Of a stretch of 64,000 nucleotides of DNA, positions 1 to 11,841 are shown piece after piece. Below the pieces are notes generated by a model. The model was given only the letters and a program-made list of their open reading frames with translations. It ran no database searches and was not told the DNA's origin. This stretch comes from Saprolegnia diclina VS20 (Eukaryota): the NCBI RefSeq assembly GCF_000281045.1, contig NW_008246071.1, positions 633,315-697,314 on the forward strand, read 5' to 3'. The first letter of the stretch is position 1; every line of letters starts with the position of its first letter. The position numbers and the translations under genes are program-made.

Positions 1-2446
1 AGGCTTGCCACCGCTTGGCGTGCTTCTCCATGTAGGCCGCGAACGCATCGCCTTGGGCCAACGTCGTTGGCGGCGGCACCCAGTGCGCAATCGAGTCGAG
101 CAGATGGCACTGCTCCTGGAGGAGCTCTTGCTGCAGGAGCGGGCTCGACACTTCTTGCTCCACGTGGTACGTAAAGACTTGCCAAATCGAAAGCAGGAGT
201 GGGAGGCCCGTGCTAAGGAGCGGGTCGTCTTTCGCCGAGGCAAAGTGCGCATCGGCCCACGGGCCGGCCTCTTCGACGTCGGGAGCGAGCAAATTCGAAA
301 TGAATTCGTGCACGACGGTCGGGTGCTGCCGCTGGAGCTGGTACGTCACGACGTTGAGGAGGATCGAGAGCAGAAGGAGCTTGTTCTGGAGCTCGAGGTT
401 CGCGCGCGCATTGTCGGATGCTTCGTCGACCACGATGACCTTCATCTGCGCCAGGAACGTAAACATGCGCTGGAGCTGCAGGTACCCCTTGTCGCCAAGC
501 AGCTGCGTCTGGATCGGCGTCGTGCCGCTCGGCTTGGTCACGACGATTGTCTGCGGCGCCGAGAGCGACATGAACGCGAGGTTGACGCTAATGGGCTTGG
601 CCAAGCCAGGAACGTCGACCTCGACGTAGAGCATGCTCGGACGGCGCGGCGCGGTCGGCGACTCGGCGAGCGCAATGTCCTTGTAGACGGCGTGGGCCGT
701 CAAGTACGCCTTGGCTGTCTCGATGCTGATGCTGCCGCGTGCCAGCATGTAGGCTATCGTATCAAGCAAGTATCAACAAAGATTCCTTTGACAAAGCACA
801 TGGCGTACCGCAGAGCTCGGTCACGAGTTCGTTGGGCGCGCCGGCCGCGACAGCAATGTTGCGCGCGTGCAGTGCCATGTGCCCCTGGTTGATGCCCGTG
901 ATGGCAAGGGCACGGACGGCGGCAAAGTTTTGGGCAAGGCCGACGCTGACAAGGATGCCCGCCAGCGCCTGTGCCGAGGGACGACCGAGAATCGCATGCG
1001 TCGCCGCGTACCCTGGGTGCGTCTGGAGCGCGCCGCCTTTCGAGCCGACCGACATGGGCAGCTCGAGCGTCCCGACAAGCTTGTCGCCGACGATCGCGTA
1101 CTTGGTCAAGCTCGTGTACTGGCCGTGGCGAGACGCATAGCAGTGCGCGGCAGCCTCGATCGCGCGCCAGTCCTGACCGGTCGCAACAGCGGCAGCGTCA
1201 ATGCCGTTGAGAATGCCCTTGTTGTTGGTCACCGCCCGGAACGGGTCGTTGATCGCAAAGTCGTTGGCTTCGACGATGCGGCTGGCGACCGTCATGCCCG
1301 CCGCACCCTTCCAGCCCAACGACGCAATCGGGATCGAGAACGACGACCGCGCGCGCCGCGCGACGCAGAGGTTTGTGAGGATGCGCAGGCCGGCGCGGGA
1401 GTGCGTAATGCGCGCAACCTCGGCCGAGAGACCTTCGGCGATCGTGTTGACAATGTTGGCGCCCATGGCCTCGCACACATCGACGTCAATGTGCACGACG
1501 AGCGTCGCCGCGTCACCGCTCGGGCGTACGACGAGCTCGTCATCGTAGCCCGCGTACCAGCCAAAGGCCGTCGACGGCGCCAACGGCGAGACCTCGCGCG
1601 CGTAGACGTGGAGCACGCCGCCACCACGGCGCTTCATGTTGGCGCACAAGTTGGTGTTGGCATAGTCGACGAGGTAGTCGCGGTGCGACGCGATCGCCGC
1701 AATCGCCGCGGGCACGTCCGCCGTGTCGAGCAGCTGGATCTGCGACGTCATAATGTTGCCCGATGTCTCGGTGTGGAAGCCGCCACCGTAGGCCGCAATG
1801 AGCTTGGCGGCACTGGACGCGGCCGCGACGACCGACGGCTCTTCGACGGCCATGGGCACCGAGAGGCTGCGGCCGTCAATCACAAAGTTGAGCCCAAGAC
1901 TACGAAGCAATCCACCATGAGTTGCAAAGATATAGAGCGTAAAATAGTGTACCCGAGCGGGATACCAAGGACGCCAATGCAGTTTTCGATCATGAGGTTG
2001 GCCGTTCGCGATGGCAGCGCGCCGATCTCCTCGAGCGCCATGCTCGGGACATGCCCGATGCTCGTCTTGCGCGGGCGCAGCTTGGGCGAGCCCATTTGGT
2101 CGACGTCGCTACCACGGCGTGTGTGCGACGGCAGCGCCGACGGGTACATGAGCGAGAGCACATCGTAGCGCTCCCGCAGCGTCTTGTTGTAAAAGCCAGA
2201 CCAGATCGACGGCTGCGAGTCGGGCACTTGGTCGTCTGTAGCCGTCGGCGCGGGCGTCAAGGCGCCGTAGCCGACCTGGCGCGCTGGCCGCGGGGCGGCG
2301 GCGGCCTTTCGTAGCGCCGACAGCGTGGCTTCCAGTTTGGCCAAGGCCGCGTCGACGACGGTAATGTCATTGGGCGAAGCGCTTTGGAGCGCAGACAGGG
2401 CGCCGTCCAGCGCGTGCTGGGCCGTGCCAAGAGACTGGAGGACCAT
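1..2446 (-). CDS. HMGR: Class II (bacterial/archaeal-type) HMG-CoA reductase with >250-aa C-terminal extension; 3' end beyond window
   Basis: ATG at 2446; introns 1900-1952 and 754-808 (GT-AG) join the ORFs. Class II motifs: MIENCIG, VPMAVEEPSVVAA, EAMGANIVNT, TNNKGILNGIDA, GQDWRAIEA, GLAQNFAAVRAL, GINQGHMALHARNIA. The frame stays open from 753 to base 1. Confidence 0.93.
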
Positions 2447-2910
2447 CGAGGAGGTAGTGAAGTGATGTGATGCTGGTCGCCTTGGGCCGGCCTCGCTATC
2501 CGGATACCAGCTGGGATTCGCGGGCGGCCATTCGTCAAGACGCGATGTATCTCGGATGTATCTGCCCACTGTATCCGGATGACCGTTACTTCAAGCGACA
2601 GCCAATGAGACGACGAGCGGACCGTGATTTCGACCAATCACAGGTGGAATAAACGACGAAGGCGTAGAGAAGCGCGGACATGTCCCCGGGCCCCCTCTTT
2701 TTTACTGAGGTTGAGAGTGGCATCGAGAGACGCGTGTCGTTGCCGGCAATGGCAATCGCCGCAAGCGAGGAACTCCCTCGTGGAAGTCGCTCGCCTTCTC
2801 ACTGCTATTTCCCGCGAACCCGCGCGAAGATAAACTCTCAATACGAAACGCTTTTTTGATAACGTGGCGCGCTGCCATCACACCTTGGTTTGCATAATTC
2901 ATGGACAATG

Positions 2911-4757
2911 CTACATAAACCAAGCGCTGTCGGTGAAGCCGCGCTGCAGCTGGAAGCGCCGTGTTCCTGCGCCAGACACGGGCATAATGCTATGAAAGAC
3001 GGCAACGGGATCGTCGGCGGTTGTGTCGTCAGTGATCGCGATGCTCGCATCTTCAAGCTGCCGGTCGAGACACGAGCCGAGGCTGAGACGCACGACGTGC
3101 GTGGCGGCGCCATCCTTTTTACATACAAGAAAGCAGTCGACACCACGTTGCCCGAGGGTTGGGTACTGCTTGTAGCGAGGGTTCGCCGCAAAGGCCTCGT
3201 AGATGGACCCGCCCGACTCGACAACATCGCCATGCTCCGGCACGAAGCAGCGCACGAGACGAAAAAGCGTGCGCTCCTTGAAACCATTATACAGCTGACT
3301 GGCATAAGACGTCGCACGTCGAGCTGGCTGGACGACGCCCGATGGAAGAGGAAGAAGAGCGCTGCTCACATGATGTGCGTCCGTGCTTGTACGAGAACGG
3401 CGGCGGCCAAAGCCGTAGACGAGTGGGATGCTCCCAATCATGATGGAGATGGCGATGCAGCCAAGCGCCACCTCTTGCTGGTGCTCTGGGTCTGTCATGG
3501 CGAGCACTCGAAAGAGCCAAAAGTAGAGGCCCACGAGAGGGGTGTTGGCCTGTACATACAAGAGCGGGATGGCGAAGAACGTGACGCCCATCGCCATGAG
3601 CGTCTTGTCGACTTCGATAAAACAGTGCTCCTTTCGCCATTTCTTGAGTACTTTGCCCACGAGACAGAGCGCTAAGTAGGCAAACCACACCTATCAAAAG
3701 GACAATGTCGTCAAGATGGAATGTTACGAGGTTGGGTTTCGAGATAAGTACCGTGCGAGAAAAGTACAAAAACGCGATAAAGAGGTAGTAGACGTCCGAG
3801 ATTTGAGTGGCCCGTATCGCGGCGATACCGACGTACTCGATACTGAGCCACACGTCAATCGAAAACAAGGTGCACACGACGGGGTCACGCAGCACGATGG
3901 ACGTCGGATCGCCCATGACAATCTCAAAGCTCCAGTCTCGGCTCGGTCGAGGTACCATGTGTCCGTGGTGCTTGACAATGTGGCGCAGCTCGCCGCAAAA
4001 TCGATAGTAGCGCGAATACGACATCCAAACCACAAAGCCAATTAAACCAACGCGGTATACGAACTTGAACCAGAGCCAATAGTGAAATTTCGGGAGCTGG
4101 ACCGTAAACGTCAATGTAAAGACGCTTGTCGTTGGTGCACTTGACGCAATATCATCGCCACTCGTGAGCCAAACGCAGCCTTGGGCCACGACAAAACTCA
4201 GAAGCGTGACGCACTGGCAAGCTCCGCGCTTATGCCAGCGCATGGCGTCACTCGCGTTGCGGTGGTCAGCGGCCGCAAAAGCGCAGAGAACGTCCTGGTA
4301 CGATGGGGCGTAAAAGAGGACGCCGGGCTTGCTGTACAGAAACGAGAGGCAGTCGGTCACGGGCGCCATATCCCGCATGTCCAAAAGCGTTCGAAAGACG
4401 TCGGTACGCAGTGTCACGTTGCGGTAAAACGCAGGCCGATTGGCAAGCCCCGTACTGCTAACGAGGTCCAGCGTCAAGTTCAAGTACGCGATATCGTACG
4501 CCGACGTCGTGTCCCATGCTGCCACCGGCGCGCGCGCTCCTTGCCACGGAAAAGCTTCCGATATGTACGCCTTGAGCGGCTAAATGATCCTAGTCAGAGA
4601 GGGCACTAATGCCAAACTGTACCATGAGGGTGATGTTGAGCAGCATGAAGAGGCTCGTTGCGATCGAGACGCGGTTCCATGTGACCACATACGGCGGTCG
4701 CGTCGCCAGCGCACAGCTCTGGACGCTCGGGCTCACACGGACTGAGCTACTTGGCAT
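2911..4757 (-). CDS. Multi-pass transmembrane protein of an expanded oomycete (Saprolegniales-type) family
   Basis: ATG 4757 (MPSSSVRVSP..SLFMLLNITLM|PLKAYISEAFPW); two short introns (~4580-4622, ~3691-3751). Hydrophobic blocks WLWFKFVYRVGLIGFVVW, FEIVMGDPTSIVL, YFSRTVWFAYLAL; C-terminal GGSIYEAF..YPTLGQRGVDCF typical of this family as I recall it. Confidence 0.75.
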
Positions 4758-5365
4758 TTGCGCAACTCCTGTTTTTACATATCTCTAGCGGTTACACCGC
4801 TGGTCATGACGTGGCACGCTAAAAACCAATGGCGCCGAAAATTGGTACACGAAACGGACACCCGCGCGCCCGCGCTATGTCGACTTTCTGCATACACACC
4901 GACCGGTCAAGTTACTCAATCGCTCCCGAACGCGTTCACTGGCGGGGTCGTTGTCCTGTCTCCACGAGGTAGTACCCGCCAGGTGAGTGAGGCCCTTTCA
5001 GTGCCAGAGCAAAGCGACGCAGCTTTGGCAATTCCACCAGCTAGCAGTGGTATTAGAGCGACGGAAGTGCGACCCACTCGGCGTTTCTAAGCGCGCGCTC
5101 GGTGCCATAACGTCCAAAGCTACTCGGCAGCAGCGCTAGCTGGGACACTGGTTTGCCAGAGCACAGAAAAAAATTCGCCGCGAATAAGTCGCTTCGCCCT
5201 ATTTTCCCTGCTGTTGTCATGCAAAGAGACACCACTTGTGAGAAAGGGCTTGTCATCGCGTTCATCTTGACGTTAAATAGACCCAGCACAGCCGTATGTG
5301 CATCACAGAGATGGTCAAATGTAGGCTCGTGAGGTCACAGAATGCACAGTTCTACCAAAATCACA

Positions 5366-6225
5366 TCAACACTCGAATCTTGTCGGTCGCAAAAATGGAC
5401 CTGGGTTGAGCTGAATGAGGGTGTAAATGTGCTTTTGCACACTGGCTAGAAGCGCGTTGACGACCGCCAGCAACGCGTAGAGCTGAAGTGTAGAGACTTG
5501 AATCATCTCGGTATACGCTTCAAATGCCAGCACAGCAAACGGAAGCCACACCGTCTAGGCAAAATGTACGAGCGATCAACATCGTGGCCATGTGTGTACC
5601 AGTGCAACGATGGCGTTTTGCAGGCCAAAGTACACGGAGAGCTTGCGAGAATGCGCTGCTTTGAGCAGAAGGTTGGCGCGGAACGACCGCAAGCGTGACG
5701 TGCGCGTCAGGAGCGGCCAGAGCGTCAAGGTCTACGACTGCGTTTCGGACGCCATTGGATCCAAGCACCAGGCTACCTGAAGAGCAAAGACGGCCCAGAG
5801 AATGCAGCGCGACACCATGTCTGCCAGTGAAGGGTAATGCGATCGGTTGAGCGCGTCAAAATAGTTGGCGACGGCGAGCACGGCGCCCATGAGCCCGAAA
5901 AACACGGGGATGAGCAGGAAGCGAAAGTAGTCAAGTTGCACGAGCGACGCGCGGCGTGGCCGGGCGGCTTGCACCGGCGATGGCGGCGCATTGGGATTCG
6001 CAGACGACGTCAGTGCGGCGCTGCCTTCGAACGCTCTAGGTGTCGCTGTGTCATTGGCCTTGACCGGCGACTTGCCGCCGTACGCTTGGAGTCTATGCAT
6101 CCTCTCAGCATGTGGGCTATATGCACTTGCGCGTACCCTGCGAGCGCTAACGCAGTTGCAGTCGCAGTGACGGTCGCTGCCACAGGCCAGCGTTGCCGGA
6201 CCGCCTTCGCCGCTGTTTGCATCAT
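5366..6225 (-). CDS. Hypothetical membrane protein (3-4 hydrophobic helices)
   Basis: ATG 6225; three GT-AG introns restore one frame (…LALAG|LQAYGGKSP…WAVFALQ|TLTLWPLL…NAIVAL|TVWLPFAVLAFE…RFEC*). No family recognised. Confidence 0.6.
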
Positions 6226-6707
6226 CGTCCTTTCCCAAGCAGAAATGACACTATTTCCGTCGGTAGACGTCAAATATAGAATACACAGCAATAGCGTACC
6301 CATGGGGTCTTCAGCCAACTACGTAGGTGCTGGTGGAACAACGAGAATGCGTTGCTGTTAGTGTCGTGCACGTCGCATTGTCTTTGGCAGGAGTGACATG
6401 CACGAGCATCTCCCGACGGCGTCGCATCGATGCTCGACAACCCAACTCTATTTCAAACCATAAAAATTAACGCTATTAAAACTACTTCGTCAATTGCATG
6501 TTGGTTTTTGCTGCGCTATGGAGGGCGAAGGTATTGCTCTTGAGCTCAAGACTGAGGCTGTACATTCCAGTGCGAGTGCTGACGTCAAGCTCTACACTTA
6601 TAGCATCGAGCCGTCGCCCAACACGTTCGAATACTATTACTACTCTCACAGTATTTTCTTGCACATTTCTGGAAATAGTCTATTGTCAGCGAAAGGTTGC
6701 GGCCAAA

Positions 6708-7177
6708 ATGAAGATCGTTGCCTTTGTCGTTGCCATCGTCGCGGGGGCGTCCGCCATTGCCTCGCACAGCGGCGCCTTTACGCTTGCGCGGACGGCGTGC
6801 GACGCTAAAGACTGTCCGCATGGCGGCTGCTACTTTCAAGACTGCGCAACCAGCGTCTCGTGCACCGGTGGCGTCTGTGATTTTCGGTACATTTGCCTCT
6901 GCCAGTGTCCTGGCATGCTCATTGAGCTGCATAGGAACTGCGTGGCGCCGATTTGCCAAGGTTTTCGTGCCGTTGTGACTGCTGCAAGCTTTGTGATGCC
7001 ATATGAGTAGGCGGCCGCTGTGGCTTTCTCGGGTCGACGGGGGCGACCTGCCCGGGCGGCAGCTGCGCCTTTCTGGACGTCGCCGAAGCCTTGACCGATG
7101 GCTACTGCACTGGCGGTAGCTGCACGCTCGATAATAAGGCCCACCCGACATCGTTCTCGTCGTCACTGAGCATGTAG
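6708..7177 (+). CDS. Small secreted cysteine-rich protein (123 aa, 13 Cys, C-x-GG-x-C repeats)
   Basis: Exons 6708-6886, 6935-6960 and 7011-7177 total 372 nt. Signal-peptide-like N-terminus MKIVAFVVAIVAGASA; repeats CPHGGCYF, CTGGVCDF, CQGGRCGF, CPGGSCAF, CTGGSCTL. Confidence 0.8.
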
Positions 7178-7230
7178 CTAATGCCAAGAATGCCCACATG
7201 TACCATCCATGTCATTAGTTGTTGCCTGCG

Positions 7231-8002
7231 TTAGTACGAAATGAGCGGGTGAATCGGCCACACTCTCTCCGACTCGAGCTCGACCGTGATGGGATCCCTG
7301 TAAATCGTAAGGTACTCGTCCAGCGTCATGAGTTCCGGGCTCTTGGCAACGAGCTGCACGAGCTCGGCCGATGGAAACAGCACTTGGTCGCTGTTGCTTG
7401 GCGCCGCGAGGGACTTTTTGATGTTTGCCTACTCCAAGTGTTAGCATTGACGCGGTTAAAAGGAGAGCACAGACGGCAGGCTGTGTCCCGAGGCGGCGCG
7501 CGAGCGTCACGAGGTTGAAGAACATGGTGCTCGCTGCTTGTGGGACGTCGCTTTCGTTGGCGTCGTTGGGCTTGCTGATCGAAAGCTTCTTAAAGAACAA
7601 GCTTGGGATCAGCCGCTTCGAGTTGTCGTCGCAGGTCGCGACCACCTTGACGTCCGAGACGTTGGGGAAGTCGTGGAGCGCGACGCAGATGTCGGTAAAG
7701 TGATCCGCAGTGGACTCGATGAGCACGACGAGCGCACCGTCGAGCATAAAGACGAGCCCGGAGGCGTCGCAGCTGAGACTCTGCAGCGTCTTGACGAAGA
7801 AGTCTTGGATCTTCTTGGGACCATCGACGTCCGTGCTCGAGTACGTCCCAACAAAGCACGAGCGCGAGTAGAACGTCGCCTTCAAGCTCGAGAGGCTCAT
7901 GTTTTGCATCACGTCCAGCAGCGATGGACCGAGGATGTCGTCCTCTTTCATCACGTCGGGCAGCGCCATGGGGCTACCCTCTTCATCCTGCGTCGTGGCC
8001 AT
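7231..8002 (-). CDS. TEX47/MOT7/DYBLUF-like BLUF-fold flagellar protein
   Basis: One intron 7429-7474. BLUF-like segment SGLVFMLDGALVVLIES..DNSKRLIP; C-terminus LMTLDEYLTIYRDPITVELESERVWP resembles the conserved TEX47-family tail. Confidence 0.7.
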
Positions 8003-8308
8003 GGTGGCGCCGGTTCAAGATACGGCTTGATCTTCAAGTTTACCCGACCAAGTCGGGTAGGAGATCTAGAAAGCGGACAGGTCTCTGTGCAATGGAGTTG
8101 TTGTGTGCACATTCAACAGCTTTATGGGCACGACGCTATAGCACAAGCCTGGTAATGCTGCAAGTATTGCCATGGCGATCAGCATCTACGTCGGTACACG
8201 ATGTCGCGGGCAAGGCGTGTCATGTCGGCTATAAGACATATTGTACGGAAGTGGCAGTTACTCCAGTCCCGCCACGGGTAGAAGGGCGGCCGCGTGCGTC
8301 ACGGCGCG

Positions 8309-10164
8309 ATGCCTCCCGACGCGGCAAAAGATCGGGCGATGCTAAAAAACATGGTACATCGAAGCCGACGGCGCCTCGTGAGCGTAAGTGCCGGCCAGCC
8401 CCTGCACGATGTGCTGCAGGAGTCCCCTCCAAAGCCACCCCCTTGCACGCCCCATCCGACCCCGAATAAAGCCACTCTACTCACACCGCAGCGCAACTAC
8501 GTCGCTTCCGTGCCTTTGGAGCCCATTTCAATGAGCGAACACTATCAGCAGCTTGTGGCAACCGAGAGCCTTCGCGGTGACAAGCACATTCCTCGACGCC
8601 GAGCGATGCGAGACAAGGAGCTGGGCGACGTGCGGAAGCTCCAGCACATTGTGAAGAAGAACAGTCATCGGCGAAACGCCGGCGTGGCGACCTCAATTGC
8701 ACAAGCCCACGAGCCTGAGAGAGTAGGACCCATCGAGCCAGTGCGCGCGGACCAACGCGGCGTCCGCCCCGTCAAAAAGATCTTTCAAAAAGCGGTGCAC
8801 AAAATCATGGCCCAACCAGAGCACCAGCATGCGGCGCACCATGCCCACAGCATTCACTTGGATCCGCACAAGTGGTTTGAAGCCCTTCGGGAGAGCGTCG
8901 AGGCGCCCACAGCCACAGCGTACTCATCACTTCGATTGTATCTTTTCGGAGGCGCCACTGGGAATGACTAGCCTCCAGCCCGCGCTGGCCCACACAAAAA
9001 TGGAGCCCATGACGTACGGCGCCACGATCTTTCTCCAGTCAATGTCGACACACACCTGTCTTTTGCTCGAAGACGTGCACGGCAAGAGTATACGCAACCG
9101 AACGGCGCCCGACGACCCGCGCCCCGGCTCGTGCTTTCGACTTGTACGTCATCCCAACCACACTTTGACTTACATCGACTATAGGTAGACTTTACAAACC
9201 CGACACGGACGGGGGCGATCCACGATGGCGATACCATTTGGCTGCAGCTCGTCGGGCCGCAAAAGCCGCTGCATCCGTCCACCAACGACGTGCTCGAGGA
9301 TTATGTGACCGAACGTCAGTTCTACTTGGCGCGATCGACTGCCCCCGAGCTCGACTACTCGGGGCCGACGCCCGAGGTTCGTTGGCTATGCGTGGCTCGA
9401 CACGTGTAACGCGGTTGTAGCTTTTGGTGCTCGCAAGCTTGCTGGAAGTGAGCGTTCCTCGACTGAGCCACTATGGCTACGATGCATCGCTCGGTGACCA
9501 TCTACGGTCGCTGCCGCCACCAATGCAATTAGCGCAGTGGCACATTCAGCTGTCGCCGTCCGCGCTTTTGCGCGACGATCCTTTAGAAGGTGCGCTATCA
9601 TTTTCCATCTCACCTTGGTGAAGAAGGCACGTTGTACTAGACGACGCACTCCGCCCAAGCGTTCATGCCGGCGGCTGCCTGCGCAACTTTGCCATCGTGC
9701 ACCTGACACTCGCAAGCGAGCATCTCGGGCTCGAAGTGAATAGTGCCTCCGAGCGTGCCGTCCTTGCGGTGCGATCGATATGGGTTCGAGTGTCGTCGTT
9801 TCAACGTGTCCGTAGCCGCCGCGCGCCGAGCGCAACCTGGCCGAGTGGCGACTCTGCCTCTCGGAGCGCGGTCCATCACCGCCACTGCAAAAAGCGTCCT
9901 CCACGAGCAGCTTGACCAAAGCGCATATGAGTTTACACAAGAGCCGCGCTCGTGCCGACACCTTTAGCCAGCAACAGTCGCAACTCGCACACGCACGGCA
10001 TCATTTGCACGAGGTATCCATTCTATTGTGTCGCTCTAAAATGTGCATTGATCGTGGTGGTGTAGACCAGCTGCAACCACTTGGCGCTCGTCGACAAGGC
10101 CAAAGAAGACAGTGCGGCCACGTACTTTATTCAGAGACTTCATCAAGAGACGCTCAGCCCGTGA
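8309..10164 (+). CDS. Hypothetical protein, multi-exon; possible beta-trefoil-like repeats
   Basis: ATG 8309; several GT-AG introns link MPPDAAKDRAMLKNM… to …YFIQRLHQETLSP*(10164). Segments MTYGATIFLQS and IHDGDTIWLQL repeat a Y/H-G-x-x-I-x-L pattern. Exon boundaries are approximate. Confidence 0.55.
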
Positions 10165-10290
10165 ACGACTTTTTGGTTTGCTTTGGTGCACGTCCATCCG
10201 TCGAATATATGGACCTCGCGCCGAGAAGGGTCAACAAAAGTGGACGGTGAAGGTTATGCTACAGAGCTCAATGCAAGAAGTATCGACTAT

Positions 10291-11841
10291 TTAAGCCGCG
10301 TCGTCCTCGGCGTCGTCAGTGGCACCGGCCGCTTTTCGGTCTTGGATCGCCTTTCGCTTGCGCTTCTTGCGCTCGCGCTGCGCGTCGGTTTTTTCCCGCT
10401 TGCGCTTGCTGCTGCTTCCGTCGGAGCGCTCAAAGTACGCGACAAAGAAGCCGTTTGTGCCATCTTCCAAGCCGTTGGCGCGCACGAGGCAGTCGGCTTG
10501 GTCGTCGCTCAAGCCGTCGACGACGACGCCGCGACGCGGCCACGTTGGGAGCGCCTTTACGAGGTGGAACGGCGTGCCCGCGGCCTGCGACGCCTGGAGC
10601 GCGGCCACGACAACGTCTTCGTTCTCCTTTTCAAAGATCGAGCACGTCGAGTACGCAATGCGCTGGACGCTCGGAAATGAAAAAGCTTTTTGAAGCGCCT
10701 CGAGCTGAAAGTCGGCGAGCGCCTGGAGCCGCGCTTGAACCTCGTTGGCACTTTCACCTGCCTCGCCATTGCTCGCTTCGTACTCGTCGTCGGCTTCAAA
10801 GCCCTGCTTCATGGTTGCGAGTTCCAAAAGATGGTCGAGCCGGTTCGACATGCCCGAGCCCGAGCACGACGGATCGAGGAGGATGCTTGTCACGTTGGCG
10901 TACTTGGCATCGTGCACGTTGACGTCCAGAAACGACTGCAAACACGGCTCGACAATCTTGTCGGCACCCGCGCCCTTCATGCGCCGCTTGAGCAAGTCGA
11001 GGCGCGTCGCCGACCGGTCAAAGGCAAAGACGCGGAGCGGGCGCGGCGAACTCTTGCGCGCCACAAGCATCGCTGCGTGGCTCGTCTTGTTGCCAGGCGC
11101 AGCGCAGGCGTCAATGACGTCCCCGAGGTCGTTATGGCCGCGCTCGCCCTGGAGCACATAGGCCGAGAAGCAACTGGCCTTGTCCTGGAGAATGAGGCGG
11201 CCCGAGACGACGCTCTCGTGCGTATGCAGCTCCGTGCCCGGCGGGAACACAATGAGGTCGCCAACGTGCGCGTCAACTTCAAACGAGAGGTCCTCGGGCA
11301 ACTTCAAGGCGGCGCGGATCGCAGGGACAGAGTCGATCGGCTCGGTCACGCGGAGCGTGTTGATGCGGGCGTAGCGCGGCAGTCGCTGGGACTCGGACAT
11401 GCGGTTCTCTTCGGGCAAAAGTTCTTCGTCCGTCTTGACTTTGGCCTTGATCTTAAGACGCACGAGCGCTTGCTTGAGTGCATTGTGCTGCGTAAGCACC
11501 TGCTTCTTGACAAAGCCGCCACCCTGGATCTTCTTGTCCTTCCCAAACATGAGATCGTAGATCGCAATGTAGTAGAGCGCTTGCTGCGACGTGGTCGGGC
11601 CGGCCTTCTTGGGCGGCGCCTTGCCCGAGGCCTTGGGCGACTTTTTGATGATCTTGGTGAGCTCGGGCACGGCCGCAATGAGCTGGTCGAGCAGCGGCTT
11701 GTAGCGCAGCGTTTGGCACACGAGCGCAAAGCAGTTGCGCTTGGACTTGATCTTATCGGCGTACGTGAGGCTCTTGAGGCCACCGCTGTGGCGGAAGAGA
11801 CCTTCGAGGACACCCGCGGCCTCAGCGTAGAGCGTGCTCAT
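10291..11841 (-). CDS. NSUN5: 25S/28S rRNA cytosine-C5 methyltransferase, NSUN5/Rcm1 family
   Basis: Intronless; MSTLYAEAA start, PRYARINT, LILQDKASCF, IDACAAPGNKT, ILLDPSCSGSG, YSTCSIFEKENE, GFFVAYFER. Confidence 0.95.
   Translation of the reverse strand: MSTLYAEAAGVLEGLFRHSGGLKSLTYADKIKSKRNCFALVCQTLRYKPLLDQLIAAVPELTKIIKKSPKASGKAPPKKAGPTTSQQALYYIAIYDLMFGKDKKIQGGGFVKKQVLTQHNALKQALVRLKIKAKVKTDEELLPEENRMSESQRLPRYARINTLRVTEPIDSVPAIRAALKLPEDLSFEVDAHVGDLIVFPPGTELHTHESVVSGRLILQDKASCFSAYVLQGERGHNDLGDVIDACAAPGNKTSHAAMLVARKSSPRPLRVFAFDRSATRLDLLKRRMKGAGADKIVEPCLQSFLDVNVHDAKYANVTSILLDPSCSGSGMSNRLDHLLELATMKQGFEADDEYEASNGEAGESANEVQARLQALADFQLEALQKAFSFPSVQRIAYSTCSIFEKENEDVVVAALQASQAAGTPFHLVKALPTWPRRGVVVDGLSDDQADCLVRANGLEDGTNGFFVAYFERSDGSSSKRKREKTDAQRERKKRKRKAIQDRKAAGATDDAEDDAA

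Noticed and set aside
5..2168. Long plus-strand ORFs (295 aa, 433 aa) opposite HMGR
   Set aside because: Antisense shadows caused by high GC3; Arg/Val-rich with no motifs. The same applies to shadow ORFs over NSUN5, the dynein, the thioesterase and chitin synthase.
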